A stretch of 64,000 nucleotides of DNA, taken from Camelus dromedarius. Taxonomy: Eukaryota. Below are positions 1 through 12,652 of the stretch, piece after piece; within the stretch, counting starts at the first letter, position 1; every line of letters starts with the position of its first letter. Both the position numbers and the translations under genes were made by a program. The notes below the pieces were generated by a model. The model saw only the letters and a list, made by a program, of their open reading frames with translations. It did no database searches and was not told the DNA's origin. Where the stretch lies: assembly GCF_036321535.1 (NCBI RefSeq), contig NC_087436.1, positions 40,860,001-40,924,000 on the forward strand, written 5' to 3'.

Positions 1-74
1 TGAAAATATTTTTAAAAATAAGAGAAAATACTCTTGGTCCTCTTTCTCTTGACAGTTATTAACCCATCTTTTTG

Positions 75-580
75 TTCTTCCTTCCAGCAAAACTCAAAAG
101 ATTTATAGTAACTAAGTTTTTCTCTTAAAATTACTCTAATTAGACTTTGACCACACCACCATAATAAACCTGCTCATGTCAAGGTTAAAGTCAACATTGT
201 AGTCCTCTCTTGCCAATTCCCAGTCCTTTTTAGCATCAGCAGTAACTGTCATTGGGATTCCTCTATCCCCTTGGATGTTTTTCACTTTCTAAAATATCCT
301 AATATATCATCTTTTTACTTATTCTAATCTTATTGAATATTCCTTTTAGTTTCTTTTTCTAATTCTTCTTTTCCCTGATACCTTAACATTGGAAAGTTCC
401 AGAACTCGGGATTCTTCATCCCACTTTCTGGAATCATTCATTTATCTCACTCTGTATTTCTGAACTTGAGTGTAATAGATGTCTTACACTCTGTATGCAT
501 GAAAGTAGACCCTTGTTTCTCATCCTCCACAGCTGTTCTATCTGCAGTCTTCCCTATCTTGGTCAATGATAACTCTAATA
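75..580 (+). mobile_element. LINE-2 (L2) ORF2/3' region fragment, highly diverged
   Basis: Pyrimidine-rich sequence colinear with recalled L2 consensus motifs (ccacaccacc...cctgctcatgtcaagg...; gtcttccctatcttggtcaatgataactc). Confidence 0.6.
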
Positions 581-584
581 CACA

Positions 585-797
585 TAGTGCTTATTGTGAG
601 CTGAGGAATCTTGCAAGTCTTTTTTAATATTAACTGCTCAAAGTAAACCTGAGACACAAGTTCTATCATTGTACCCATAGATAAAGAAACCGATAAAACC
701 CCTAACCAAGCTGCCCAAAATCACAGCCACTGGGTGACAGAGTCAACATTCAACCCTAGTGCCTCTCCTCCAGACTCATCCTCTTATCACTGCACCT
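585..797 (-). mobile_element. MIR SINE
   Basis: Reverse-complement MIR core and tRNA-derived head (agataaagaaacc...ctgcccaaaatcacagcc...gacagagtcaacattcaacccta...ctcttatcactgcac). Confidence 0.7.
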
Positions 798-942
798 TAT
801 GATTCAAACTCTTCCCATCTTTCATAAAATAGAAAATTGGAGAACCCCATTTATTCCCAGATAAGATTAAACTGATTACTCTCTTCCCTAAGTCTCCATT
901 TCATCAATTAGTACTTTTTATTAAGGTACTAATAATATTTTT

Positions 943-2658
943 TGGTACAAGCAAGAGTTCGCTGCCCAAAGCTCATAGAAGCCAATACTATGGCCCCACC
1001 TGATGAGGAGGGTGGTAGAGGTGGAAAAGCAAGATGAGGACACTGTCTTAGACTCAGAGCTGAATCTGAGAGAGTTAGTCATGAGTATACAGATGAAAAC
1101 ACTCAAGCCTTCACTTCCTTTGAGCATGTTGGGGTTTAATATTTCTGGTAGATGACCAAAACATTTTAATTCCCCAGCAAAGATCACAGACAAGCTAATC
1201 TAGACATCTAGGCAATTTCCAGATCGAATATATCCAGTCTGAGGCCTCATTTAGTCCATGGTCTTTAGCTCTACCACCAAAATTTGTTTCTCCTGGAAAA
1301 CTTTCCTTTTTAACACACACACATATGTATGATGTATATATATGATGTATACACACACACTTGAAAGCAGTTCAAGGCTAACTCCCTGCTAGTTTGGTTC
1401 ATACAAAAACAGGTTAAAATTTTCAGTGAGGAAAAATCCAGAATGTCTCTGTATAAAATTCTTTTAACACAGGCACGGGGTACGTTCTTCTGGGGTAGGG
1501 AGTTTTCCTGCTTTACAAGCCCTCGTTTCTTCTTTACCTTCTCACTCAACAAGGTAATCAGGGCTGGTTTCATTAAGAATACACACCTGTATCAACACCG
1601 CCAGGCAATTATGTTGGGAGTGGGTGAAACACCCCTACCCCAACCCCACATCTCCGTAAGGCAAGGTTTGCAGTCAGAGAGCAAAGCCTTTTATCTCCAC
1701 AGTCAGAGGACCTTCACTAGTATCAGGCCCAAGACATTTTACTACAGGCATCCAAAAGCCAAGCCCTCGTACCCAATCCTAACAAGGAAAAGAGACACAG
1801 ACAAAGTCCAAAGGCCCGAGACTCTAACCCAGAGTTTGGGGTGATGACCCGATTCTCTGAGTGCCTCAGCTGCTGTACCCTGTTGTCTCCCTTAGGATGA
1901 GGCTCTAACCCACAATTCTGAGGAGATTATTAGACAATTTAGGCACAGGCGAGCTTTAACAAGGTCAACTCACCGAAAAGGTCTGACCCAGGAGCTGTTT
2001 CTTCTCACAAAGTAGCAGGTGGGGCCTGGAGTGCAGCAGCAGGGAAGCAGGAGCCCGACAGCTGACTCTCTAGATGGATTCAGTCGAGGTGGCCACGCAG
2101 CGTTGGTGGCAAGGGCCCCTACTCTGCCGGGGGCTACAGCGCCTGGGGCACATGGTCACAAGACCTAAGCCCCTTCATGGTCAGCAAAATTGTCACTGAG
2201 GAAGGGCTCACTGCCCGAGGTGCATGGAGGCCAATATCAGGGCACTGGCTTTTGAGAAAATAGCTTTATTGCAAGGTCAATCAGCAAGAAGACAAGAAGC
2301 AAGGCTCTGAAATCTGTTTCCTGGATCCAGCGTTCTGAGCACAACTGAAGAAGGTAGAGGAATTTCAAACTTAGGAGCTGATTGGCTAGTCCTGAATCAG
2401 GCTATATAAGCTATTCGTGTGGTTGGAAGCCAGATTTCTCTTTTTGAAGGGCTTTTCCCTTTGTGAAGGGTTTTCTATTCTTTAAATTCTGTAGACTGAA
2501 GATTCTTGGTTCTGGGGTCATCCTGGAGACAAGGGTTCTCATCTTGCACATGTGCAGTGCTGTGTCTAAAATAATTCCAAGTTTGATTACTCAACCACCT
2601 GTTTTAAGGGGAAGAAAATAAACAGTTTAAAATGGTCAGTATTTTAGGTGCTGTTTCG
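943..2658 (-). mobile_element. Internally deleted ERV1-class provirus: 5' LTR (2191-2658), PBS, non-coding leader/internal sequence, short 3' LTR remnant (~943-997)
   Basis: LTR terminal CA on the minus strand at 2191-2192, poly(A) signal (gctttatt on +, 2263-2270), PBS just downstream. 943-997 resembles 2191-2246. Poly-T flanks on both sides. Confidence 0.65.
2169..2186 (-). other. Retroviral primer-binding site, tRNA-Arg type
   Basis: Minus strand TGCTGACCATGAAGGGGC matches TGGCGACCACGAAGGGAC (complement of the tRNA-Arg 3' end ...GTCCCTTCGTGGTCGCCA) at 14/18, 4 nt after the LTR CA. Confidence 0.7.
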
Positions 2659-2865
2659 TTTTTGTTTCTTGATCGAAGCTCAGCCCCTTCATGTTACTGT
2701 GTCAAATTAAATGGCTTTCAAAAGGCCTGAATATTTGTTCATGTTTTAATTAATTTATTGATTGCTGGTGTCAGCTTACCCCAGTTGGAGCCTTTATCAG
2801 CACCAGAAGTAGCTGTTTTTTGGGGGGGTTTTTTGTTTTGTTTTGTTTTTTTACTTTTTTTAAAA

Positions 2866-2940
2866 AGTTGAAGTATAGTCAGTTTACAGTGTTGTGTCAG
2901 TTTCTGGTGTACAGCATAATGCTTCAGTCATACATGAATA
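2866..2940 (-). mobile_element. Very short L1 3' tail (young cetartiodactyl type)
   Basis: Reverse complement of the 3' terminus seen at ~9750-9820 (gtatgactgaagc...tgtaaactgactatacttca) next to a T-rich tail. Confidence 0.85.
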
Positions 2941-3046
2941 GGCTGTTTTGACTTCACTAGTCTCAGTCCTACATTGTGGCTGAAGTAATGAGACCAGGTT
3001 TTATAATATCAGAAGCTGCTTCCCCATTGGTGAATGAAGTGATCTA

Positions 3047-3528
3047 CAGTCAACTCTTCATATTGTGGGTTCTCCATCCACATACTCAATCAACTACAAA
3101 TCTACAATATTTTTTAAAAATTCAAAAAATAAGAACTTACTATATAGCACAGGGAACTACATTCAATATCTTGTAATAAACTATAAAGCAAAAGAATCTG
3201 AAATACATATGTAACTCAATCTCTTTGCTGTACACCTGAAACTAACACAGTATTGTAAATCAACTATACTTCAATTTAAAAAAAAATCCAGTAAGTTCCA
3301 AAAAGCAAAACTTAAATTAGCTGTGTGCTGGTAACTATTTACATTGTATTACACTTTATTAGATACTACAAGTAATCTAGAGATGATTTAAAGCATTCAG
3401 GTAGATGTGCATAGGTTATTTGCAAATACTGCATCATTTTATATGAGACTTCACCATCTGTGAATTTTTGGTATCTTGCAGGGAGTGTGTTCTGGAACCA
3501 ATCCCCTGAGGATACCTATGGACAAATG
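3047..3528 (+). mobile_element. MER2/MER2B-like TcMar-Tigger non-autonomous DNA transposon, interrupted by an L1 tail
   Basis: TA-cagtc start, diagnostic aagtaatctagagatgatttaaag and tgcaaatact...ggaaccaatcccc end. Homologous to the copy at 24181-24522. Confidence 0.85.
3129..3286 (+). mobile_element. L1 3' UTR tail nested in MER2B
   Basis: tatagcacagggaactacattcaatatcttgtaata...gctgtacacctgaaactaacacagtattgtaaatcaactatacttcaat plus poly(A). Confidence 0.85.
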
Positions 3529-5280
3529 CATTTTTAATTCCTTGCATACGTTAAGTTGGTATGGAAGAATGGAACTTTAGTTGTGAGTGTAATGTAATGC
3601 TTCTGCCTACCTAATTAAATCCATCCTGCTTGGCCTAAGTACATGATTTGGCTTCTTTACAGTATTCTGGTTTGGATTTCATTCCCTCAGTGGGTCAGCA
3701 GGTTTTTGTGGTGGTGGTTGTTTGTTGTATATTTTGTTTTTGTTTTTCTTGGTACTGATCAAGGCCGCCACATTAAACAGCATGGTGGAGAGCCACTTAT
3801 ATGGTGGTCTATGTGGAAAGCACCTCGTGGATGTGTGGGGTATGGAGATCTGCCACAGCCTGACTGGACATTACGTGTAGCCCTGGACTGTACCTGGGTC
3901 TGGGTGGATTTACTTTATTTGTGATTTTGGAACCCATAAGATGCTGAGGACAACTGCTAAGCAGCATCTCATCATTTCCAAATATGTTTTCTTGATGTGG
4001 AATTCACGGATAACAAAGGGAGCCGCTAAAGAACCAGAAATTCCTTTAGGAATTTAGGGATTTACACTTCTGGTCCTTCTCTGGTTAGTTTTGACACCCC
4101 TATGACAGTTAAAAACTTAGAAGTGAGCATTTCTAGAGAATTCAGAGAAAACATCCATACAAAATCAAAGCAAAATAACTGAAGTACCTAAACTTCTGGT
4201 CTCATCAGCCTCCCAAAATATCAGCTACCCATTGTCTTGCTCCTAGACTCTCTAGATTTGGGGAGTGGGATGGGAAGGGCCAATACTTTTCAACCATGAC
4301 TTGTCCCATGAAATCCTTTAACAGCTACATATTTCTCCTTTTTTTTGGAACCAAGAATTATTAATTTCACTAGTGCCATAGTTGAAATAACAGCCAGTAT
4401 TCAAACATAAAAATAAGGTTGGCATATTGATCATCATGAGGAACGACATTAAGAATTTTTACAAGTCACATTTCTAGTCAGTCACGGAGAAAGTCCAGAG
4501 AGATGGCAAGATTCTGGGACTACTCTACCCAGAATGCATTTCTGTGTATGTATAGTTTATATGTAGGAAAAAAAGTGGCTCCTTGACTTTTGTTGTTGTT
4601 TTTATTAATAATCACCGCGCTAGATTATTTTCTTTCTCACTGATTTAGTTGTTTTGATTCCCTTAAGAGTGGAAAAAAAAGTTTGTGAAATTCAATCTAT
4701 CTATAGAATTGGGCTGAATTTATTTTCCTGTAGCATAACTGTCAGCTCTAATTAGTGACTTTTCATGGCCACGACAATATTGTTATGCTTTGGTGCCCAT
4801 CATGTATAGAACAATTCCAGAAAAATGTTGTGTCAGTAAGAGACATTCTGGAAATGACCAGACAGCTGCTGCATAAACATGTTTTTCTTAATCAAATAAA
4901 GTCTATGATGCCCAAAACATAATGGGGCTTGAAAAAGCCATGATTACAGAAACCTCAGTAAGTAGTACATGTGTGTCATACCTCGTTAGCAGATTTTAAT
5001 AACTTGCATACCATTATGCCTTGTTACATGTCTAATAAAATGTGTCATAAAATAAAACATACTTTCTGATTAGTTAATATAAATTTCTGCTATGAATTAT
5101 AGTCATTTCTGAAGCAAAAACCTTATTTATTATATCAAGTTGTAAATACTTGGCATTTTGTAGAGTTGTATGAATTTGATCTGTATTTAAGAATGAATAG
5201 AAGTTTGATTAAATCTAAAGTTAATTTACTTTCAGTTATCATTTACATAGATACACTCATTATCAAGGAAAAGCTTTGTT

Positions 5281-6275
5281 ATAAGCAGCTCATATTTCTT
5301 AATAAGAAAAAAACAAACCACCCAATTCAAAAATTGGCGAAGACCTAAACAAGCAATTCTCCAAGGAAGAAATACAAATGATCAATAGGCACACGAAAAA
5401 ATGCTCACTATCACTAATTATCAGAAAAATGCAAATCAAAACCACAATGAGGTATCACCTCACACCAGTCAGAATAGCCATCATTCAAAAGTCCACAAAT
5501 GACAAATGCTAGAGAGGCTGTGGAGAAAAGGGAACCCTCCTAGACTGCTGGTGGGAATGCAGTTTGGTGCAGCCCCTGTGGAAAATAGTATGGAGATTCC
5601 TCAAAAGACTAGGAATAGACTTACCATATGACCCAGTAATCCGCTCCTGGGCATATATCCAGAAGGAACTCTATTTCAAAAAGACACCTGCACCCCAATG
5701 TTCATAGCAGCACACTATTTACAGTAGCCAAGACATGGAAACAGTCTAAATGTCCATCAACAGATGACTGGATAAAGAAGAGGTGGTATATTTATACAAT
5801 GGCATACTATTCAGCCATAAAAAACCGACAACATAACGCCATTTGCAGTAATATGGATGTTCCTGGAGAATGTCATTCTAAGTGAAGTAAGCCAGAAAGA
5901 GAAAGAAAAATACCATATGAGATTGCTCATATGTGGAATCTAAAAAAAAAAAAAAAAAAAAAAAAAAGAACATAAATACAAAACAGAAACAGACTCACAG
6001 ACATAGAATACAAACTTGTGGTTGCCAAGGGGGAGGAGGGAGGGAAGGGATACACTGGGAGTTCAAAATTTGTAGCTACTGACAGGCATATGTAGAATAG
6101 ATAAATAAGATTATACTGTATAGCACAGAGAAATATATACAAGATCTTGTGGTAGCTCACGGTGAAAAATAATGTGACAATGAATGTATGTATGCTCATG
6201 AAAAATTGTGCTCTACACTGGAATTTGACACGACGTTGTAAAATGACTATAACTCAATAAAAAATGTTTTAAAAA
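5281..6275 (+). mobile_element. 5'-truncated young L1 (ORF2 C-terminus, 3' UTR, A tail)
   Basis: ORF2 C-terminal motifs (MRYHLTPVR, degenerate CCHC), G-rich 3' UTR, perfect 16-bp TSD AAGGAAAAGCTTTGTT at 5265-5280 and 6276-6291. Confidence 0.95.
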
Positions 6276-7329
6276 AAGGAAAAGCTTTGTTTATGAATGA
6301 ATTGATCAATGTGTTCTATTAATAATCTTCAAGCATATACATATATACAAGATATGAAACTAACAAAATATATTTTGAGTAGAGTTTACATTTATTGATT
6401 TTTGGTTACTATGCCTTGCTACTTGGCTTCTGTAAGAAGAAAGTGTAAGTTTCCCCAAATAATCTGCATATTACCAAATCCTAAGAATACCTTAAGGCTT
6501 TCTCTCAAATGACTACTGCATTGCCCCTTAAACATACGCAAAAACTTGAGGAGCTACTGCTTTTTTTTTCCTTTTTATTACTACATAATGTTCATCATAT
6601 TAGAGAGAAAGTAATTTCTTAAGAAGTTTTCTACAGTGTGCCAAATGGAATCAGAGACTAAATGATAAACTACAACCACCTTGATCAAATGTGATTAGTT
6701 AATATTGAGAAAATATGAGTAAAATGACATTTAACCAAATAAAATGGAATAGTTTTTTCACTGTCCTTCTATTGTTCTATGTTCATAAATATATACCACA
6801 TAGATAATTCATTTTTGCAGTTTTTCTACTGGAGAGATTTAATTAGAACATCCTGTATAATTCTACCACTTCTACAACCATTATTGGAAAAATTATTCAT
6901 AGCTACTTATTGAAACTTTAAAAAATATTTAGACACTATATACTAAGTGATTGCAGCCTTTCACTCCATAAATATTATGCATTTTATTTGATATAGTTTT
7001 ATATTTATAGGTTACCTATCATTTTACTCTAATCTAATAGCTTAGAAATTCAAAGAGATTATTTTTATAAACATAACTCTAATTATAAAAGTAATATATA
7101 CTCACTGTGGTGAAATCAACTACATTATAGAATGACAATAAAAATTTAAATCATATAATTTTATCATTTATGGATAATCAATATTAAACTTTTTCTACAT
7201 ATTTTCTAGAATATGTATGTATATATAATTATAAACATACTCATTATAAAATCAATTCATAGTATATAAAGAAAGTTCATTATTATATATTGATATAATA
7301 AACAGTATAAATTTTAAATATAGCTTATG

Positions 7330-7530
7330 TTTTATTGAATAAATCAAACTAATTTATTTAATGCATCACCTTATGTTGAGTAGTTTATTCCTGATTTTTT
7401 ATTATTATAAACAATACTATGATGGACATTCTTGTACAGATATCTTTGTATATATATGTACATTTGCAGAGGATAAATTCTTACAAATGTAATTCTTGGG
7501 TCATATATCATGTGCATTTTTAATGATTTC
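7330..7530 (-). mobile_element. Ancient L1M (L1ME-like) fragment
   Basis: attataaacaatactatgatggacattcttgtaca...ggataaattcttacaaatgtaattcttgggtca resembles antisense L1 ORF2 3' end. Confidence 0.5.
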
Positions 7531-7934
7531 TGTCTCCATTATTCTTTGAAAAGCTATAGAATATGATGCACTAGTTGCCCCTTTCATATTAAAATCCAGA
7601 CTCTGTAAGTTTTACTTAATTAAATTTAATATCTGGTAGTACTAAATATTATTTTTCTTCTGAAAATTTTGGGCTATTTTCTCTTGTTGATAATGTGTCT
7701 CAGCTCTTTCTAAGATGGTACACTTGTTTTTATACGGATGTTTTCAGAGGAAATGTCATTTCTGTTACTCATACACTCCATGTTCATTTAATAAATAAAA
7801 TGTTCACACTAATTCTTTTTGGTTTTGCTAGAATTCCAGAATAAGCTGTAAAATTTTATAGAAAAGAAATTTCTCTTTTATCCTAGATGTACATGTGGAT
7901 TTACAAGTCTTACTATTTTGACAGCCCTAGATCC

Positions 7935-8885
7935 CATACAGATGGCTGACAGATACAAGAAAAGATGCTCAACACTAATCACCAGGGAAATGCAAATCAG
8001 AACCATAATGAGACATCTCACCTCATACCTATCAGAATGGCTATTATCAAAAAGACAACAAAACAATTGCTGGTGAGGATGTGGAAGAAAATGAACACTT
8101 GTGCACTACTGGTGGGATTATAAATTGGTGCAGCTACTATGGAAAACAATATAGAGGTTCCTCAAGAAATTAATAATAGAATGACTATATGATCCAGCAA
8201 GTCCACTTCTGGGTATTTACTCAAAGAAAATGAAATCACAAAATTGAAAAGATACATGCACCCCTCTGTTCACTGCAACATAACTTACAATAGCCAAGAT
8301 ATGGAAGGAACCTAAGTGTTTATCAATAGATAAATGGATAAAGAAAACAGTGGTGTGTGAATATACATTTAGGAATACTACTCAGCCTTGAAAAAGAATG
8401 AAAATTTGACATTTGCAACAAGATGAAAGGACCTGGAAGGTAGTATGCTCAGTGAAATAAGTCAGGTATAGGAAGACAAATACTATATGATTTCAGTTTT
8501 ATGTGGAATCTAGAAAACAAAACAAAGAAACAAAACAAAGCAGAAACAGGCTCACAGCTACAGAGAACAAACTGGTGGTCTCCAGAAGAGAGGGTATGCA
8601 GGGTTGGGTGAAATAGGTGAAGGGGGTAAGAGGTACAAACTACCAGTTGTAAAGTAAATAAGTCACTGGGACATCATGTACAGCATGGGGAATATAGTTA
8701 GTAATATTGCAATAATTTTGTATGGGGAGAGATGGTTACTAAACTTACCATGGTGATCAATTCATAATGTATATAAGTATCAAGTCAGTATGTTGTATAC
8801 CTGAAACTAATATAACTTTGTAGGTCAACTATGCTTCAAATAAAATAAATTTTAAAAAAAGAAATTAAAAATTAAAAAAAAAAAA
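7935..8885 (+). mobile_element. 5'-truncated older L1 (L1MA/laurasiatherian type)
   Basis: ORF2 C-terminal region, distinct 3' UTR (gaggtacaaactaccagttgtaaagtaaataagtcac...tgaaactaatataac) and poly(A). Confidence 0.9.
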
Positions 8886-9830
8886 ACTCAATCCAAAAAT
8901 GGGCAGAACCTAAACAAGCAATTCTCCAATGAAGACACACAAATGGCCAATAGGCACATGAAAAAATGCTTAGTATTGTTAATTATCAGAGAAATGGTAA
9001 TCAAAACTACAATGAGGTATCACCTCACACCAGTCAAAATGGCCATCATTCAAGAGTCCAGAAATGATAAATGCTGGAGGGGCCGTGGAGGAAAGGGAAA
9101 TCTCCTACACTGTTGGTGGGAATGTAGTTTGGTGTAGCCACTATGGAAAACAGTATGGATATTCCTCAAAAGGCTAAAAATAGACTTACCATATGACCCA
9201 GCAATCCCACTCCTGGGCATAAATCCAGAGGGAATCTTAATTCAAAAAGATACCTGCACCCCAATGTTCATAGCAGCACTATTTACAGTAGCCAAGACAT
9301 GGAAACAACCTAAATGTCCATCAACAGATGACTGGATAAAGAAGAGGTGGTATATTTATACAATGGAATACTATTTAGCCATAAAAATAATAAAATAATG
9401 TCATTTACAGCAACATGGATGGACCTGGAGATTGTCATTCTAAGTGAATTAAGCCAGAAAGAGAAAGCAAAACACTATATGGTATCACTTATATGTGTAA
9501 TCTAAAGAAAAGGACACAAATGAACTTATCTACAAAACAGAAACAGACTCACAGACATAGAAAACAAACTACGGTTTCCAGGGGGAAAGGGGTGGGAAGG
9601 GATAAGCTGGGAGTCAAGATCTGCAGATACTAACTAATATATATAAAATATATAAACAACAAGTTTATATTGTATAGCACAGGAAACTATATTCAATATC
9701 TTGTAGTAACTTATGATGAAAAAGTATGAAAATGAATATATGTAAGCTCATGTATGACTGAAGCCTTATGCTGCATACCAGAAATTGATACAACATTGTA
9801 AACTGACTATACTTCAGTAAAAATAAATAA
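8886..9830 (+). mobile_element. 5'-truncated young L1 directly after the poly(A) of the previous L1
   Basis: ORF 8943-9137 is the L1 ORF2 C-terminus ([11 protein letters not shown]...[19 protein letters not shown]). Close similarity to 5281-6275. Confidence 0.93.
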
Positions 9831-10959
9831 TATATATATAAAATATAGATATACTATACATATATGTACAAAAATTAGCTTTTTGGGTTTTTGCATGTAT
9901 GTGTATGCCCTCACATTTCCACAGAGAAACTTTAATAAATATTTAAAAATATATGTATATAACTCAAAAGGAAAGAGAGAATGGCATTCATTGAGATGAA
10001 AGCAAATGGGAAAGGAGAGATAAGGAATGTGGCATTATCATGAGACTGAGTTTCTAAGGTTACTGTAAGATTAGAATCAATATTATAATAAGAAAGCACT
10101 AGGTAGTAATTATCCTACAGAAAAAAGTCATTATAAAAAAGGATTACTGTAAACTTAACAGAAATGTAATATCTATAAAGTCAAACAATTTGCTGAATCA
10201 TGGAAATGGTAAAGATGATTATCATTATTGCGGTACGAGTTCAATTCCTTAACATTTATTAATTTTCTAAAAGATGCATGTACATCCATCATAAATGATA
10301 AAGATAAAACAATATTTATTAAAATAGTTACTTTGAGGTTACAGGAATATGGATAATGGTAGGTGACCTTTCTCCGCTTCTACATTTTTTTTCTGGAATA
10401 ATTAGCAGAATACTACTAATAAAATGTCTAACCAGTTTCACTCTGAGAAATCAAGAGACACTGGATGTTAACAGAGCATAAGGCATCTAAAGCAATAGTA
10501 CAATCTCTATATAATGACCCAGACACTGTGTCAGGGAGAAAGAGAATGAGTTTTGGCTGCTGATAGACATTTTCTCTGCTTCTCCCACTTGACAGCTTTG
10601 TCAGTGTGGAGCAGACAATGAGTGCTCATGCTCCTCAAATCTGATCAGTATTTTCCCTTGGAATGAGAGGATGCTTGGGTAAAATCATAATGAGTACGGT
10701 AACTTCCTACACTTTTGAATTCTACGATAAATTAAAATTATTTTCAGCTAAAACACGAGCAGCTTCTTTCAAAAGTTATATACTTTGAATCATAATACTC
10801 TAATCAAGTTTTATAAAGCCTATTTTTTAAAAAAGATAACATTTTTGATTAAATTCCCTTCAGATCTTATCAGGGAAATTTTAATTTTCATCAGCCAAGA
10901 TTAGAAACGTTTATTGTAAATGAGCATTGAGAAACATTTCTGGCATCAGGACATCAAAC

Positions 10960-11150
10960 TCTCCAGTCCCACAAGTCTTGGGACAAGGAGCCTCATCAGG
11001 CTTAGCCCTGCCTCCCGGAAAGACAGAACCCAGCATAGCTCCTGGGCTGAGCAGACAATGACCTGAGAGCTCCTCCCCAGAGTTGCCTGTCCGACAACTG
11101 TGAAGTAGGATGGACTTCAGTTTTCTAACACAGAACTCTGGGGGAAAAAA
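10960..11150 (+). mobile_element. Possible MLT1-type (MaLR) LTR 3' fragment
   Basis: Locally GC-richer, ends ...ttgcctgtccgacaactgtgaag...ttttctaacacagaactctggggg like MLT1 U5 ends. Confidence 0.35.
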
Positions 11151-12384
11151 ATGCTGTGAGAACCCAAATTATCTTATTGGAAAATTATATGGATTTATTA
11201 AGTAATGAATTTAAGGATAAGTATAAAAATTTCCAGTTCAAATTAAACAAGAATGTTTCCCCATAAAAACCAACATACATTCACTAAGCTTTTTTAAAAA
11301 TTAACCACAGGTGTAAATCCTGAGAATATTAAATAATTAATATCTTTCACACTAACTTTACATTAGGGTCTACTTCCTGTGAACCTGAAGTATAATGCAC
11401 ACTTTATGGTGAAGATGTTAAATGCTTTAAAAAAAAAACAGAATTGTATTAATATACATCTTATTCTTTTTTCCTTGAACTCCCCAACATCTTCTAAAAA
11501 TGTGTTTGAAATTTTAAGAACCTGGAAATCTGTCTTCTTGGTAATGAGGATTTAAAGTATTTGAGACTTGTGAAGTATTGACTGTGGAATCTATGACCCA
11601 ATATATTTGGCATGCTAGCTGCTTTCAGAGAAAACATTGCACCATTCTGCTAAAACTTTCCTTATATTCATTTATGCATTCACTAAATATTCTAGTTCTC
11701 TCTTGCAAACATCAATTTCTTTAAGGATTCGTCTTTTTTCTTTTTCTCTTTTTTCCCCTTTATCATCAAGGCATGATTTTTCACCTTACCATATGCTCAG
11801 AGACTATCTTCTTGATGAGTTCATTAAATCTAGAAATTTTTAAAATTCCGAATGAAGAGTTTAGGGGTGCAATTATAGTATTAAATTATTACTATTATGT
11901 TTTGGGGTAACAGACAGAAGAAAGTCACTTGCAAATTTGGTCTCTGCCCCCCTGGCCCTTCCACAAATAGGAGATATATGAGATTCCTTCTTCAGCCATA
12001 TTGAAGCCAACCATCAGTTAAAAGCAATATATTCTTTTCCTTCTAGATCAAAATTGCCAGTCTTTTTAACACTACTTCTAAATATTGAAGATTATATTTC
12101 TTTTATCGGCTTTTGACTTTACTCAGCATTCATCAGCTGTCTTTATAATGATAAACTCTAAGTAATTTGTATTATAGCGTATGTTAGCTATATATGAAAA
12201 TAATGTAATTTAAATATTAGGTAGTTTAACATGAAGTCTTTGAAGAGGAATCCTAAATACATTAAAAAAAATTAAAAGGAAAGAAAATGACTACAGAAAA
12301 TGTATTTTCTTTCTTTTTCTCCTGAAGCTAATAATGGAGAAAAAATGAGAAGAGATTGTCTAAATGTCATTAAAGACATGCAAT

Positions 12385-12652
12385 ACAGTCTGGTTGCTGA
12401 GAGTGTGAAATCAGAGGTCAGATGACCTCGTTGTCATTTTCTGGCTCTGTCACTTTCGAGCTGTGTGACCCTGCGCAAGTTATTAAAGTACTTTTGCCTA
12501 GGGTTAATCTTAATAAAAATGGGGATGATGATGATATTAATATTACCCACCTCAAAGAATATTTCTGAGGATTCGGTGAGTTAATATATAAAAGACATCT
12601 CAGTGCTGTAGCCCAACAGATGGTAAACGTGGTTAATAAGAAGTGTTATAAT
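12385..12652 (+). mobile_element. Near full-length MIR SINE
   Basis: ctggctctgtcactttcgagctgtgtgaccctgcgcaagttatt...aaaatggggatgat...gaggattcggtgagttaatatataaaa. Confidence 0.88.

Noticed and set aside
1443..1844. Longest ORF (133 aa) and neighbours 921-1193 and 1310-1573
   Set aside because: They lie in the ERV leader/internal region (the 133-aa ORF antisense to it) with no recognisable domain, so chance ORFs.
3643..3924. Hydrophobic, Trp-rich 93-aa ORF resembling a membrane protein
   Set aside because: The hydrophobicity comes from T/G-rich low-complexity DNA. No family recognised and no gene structure.
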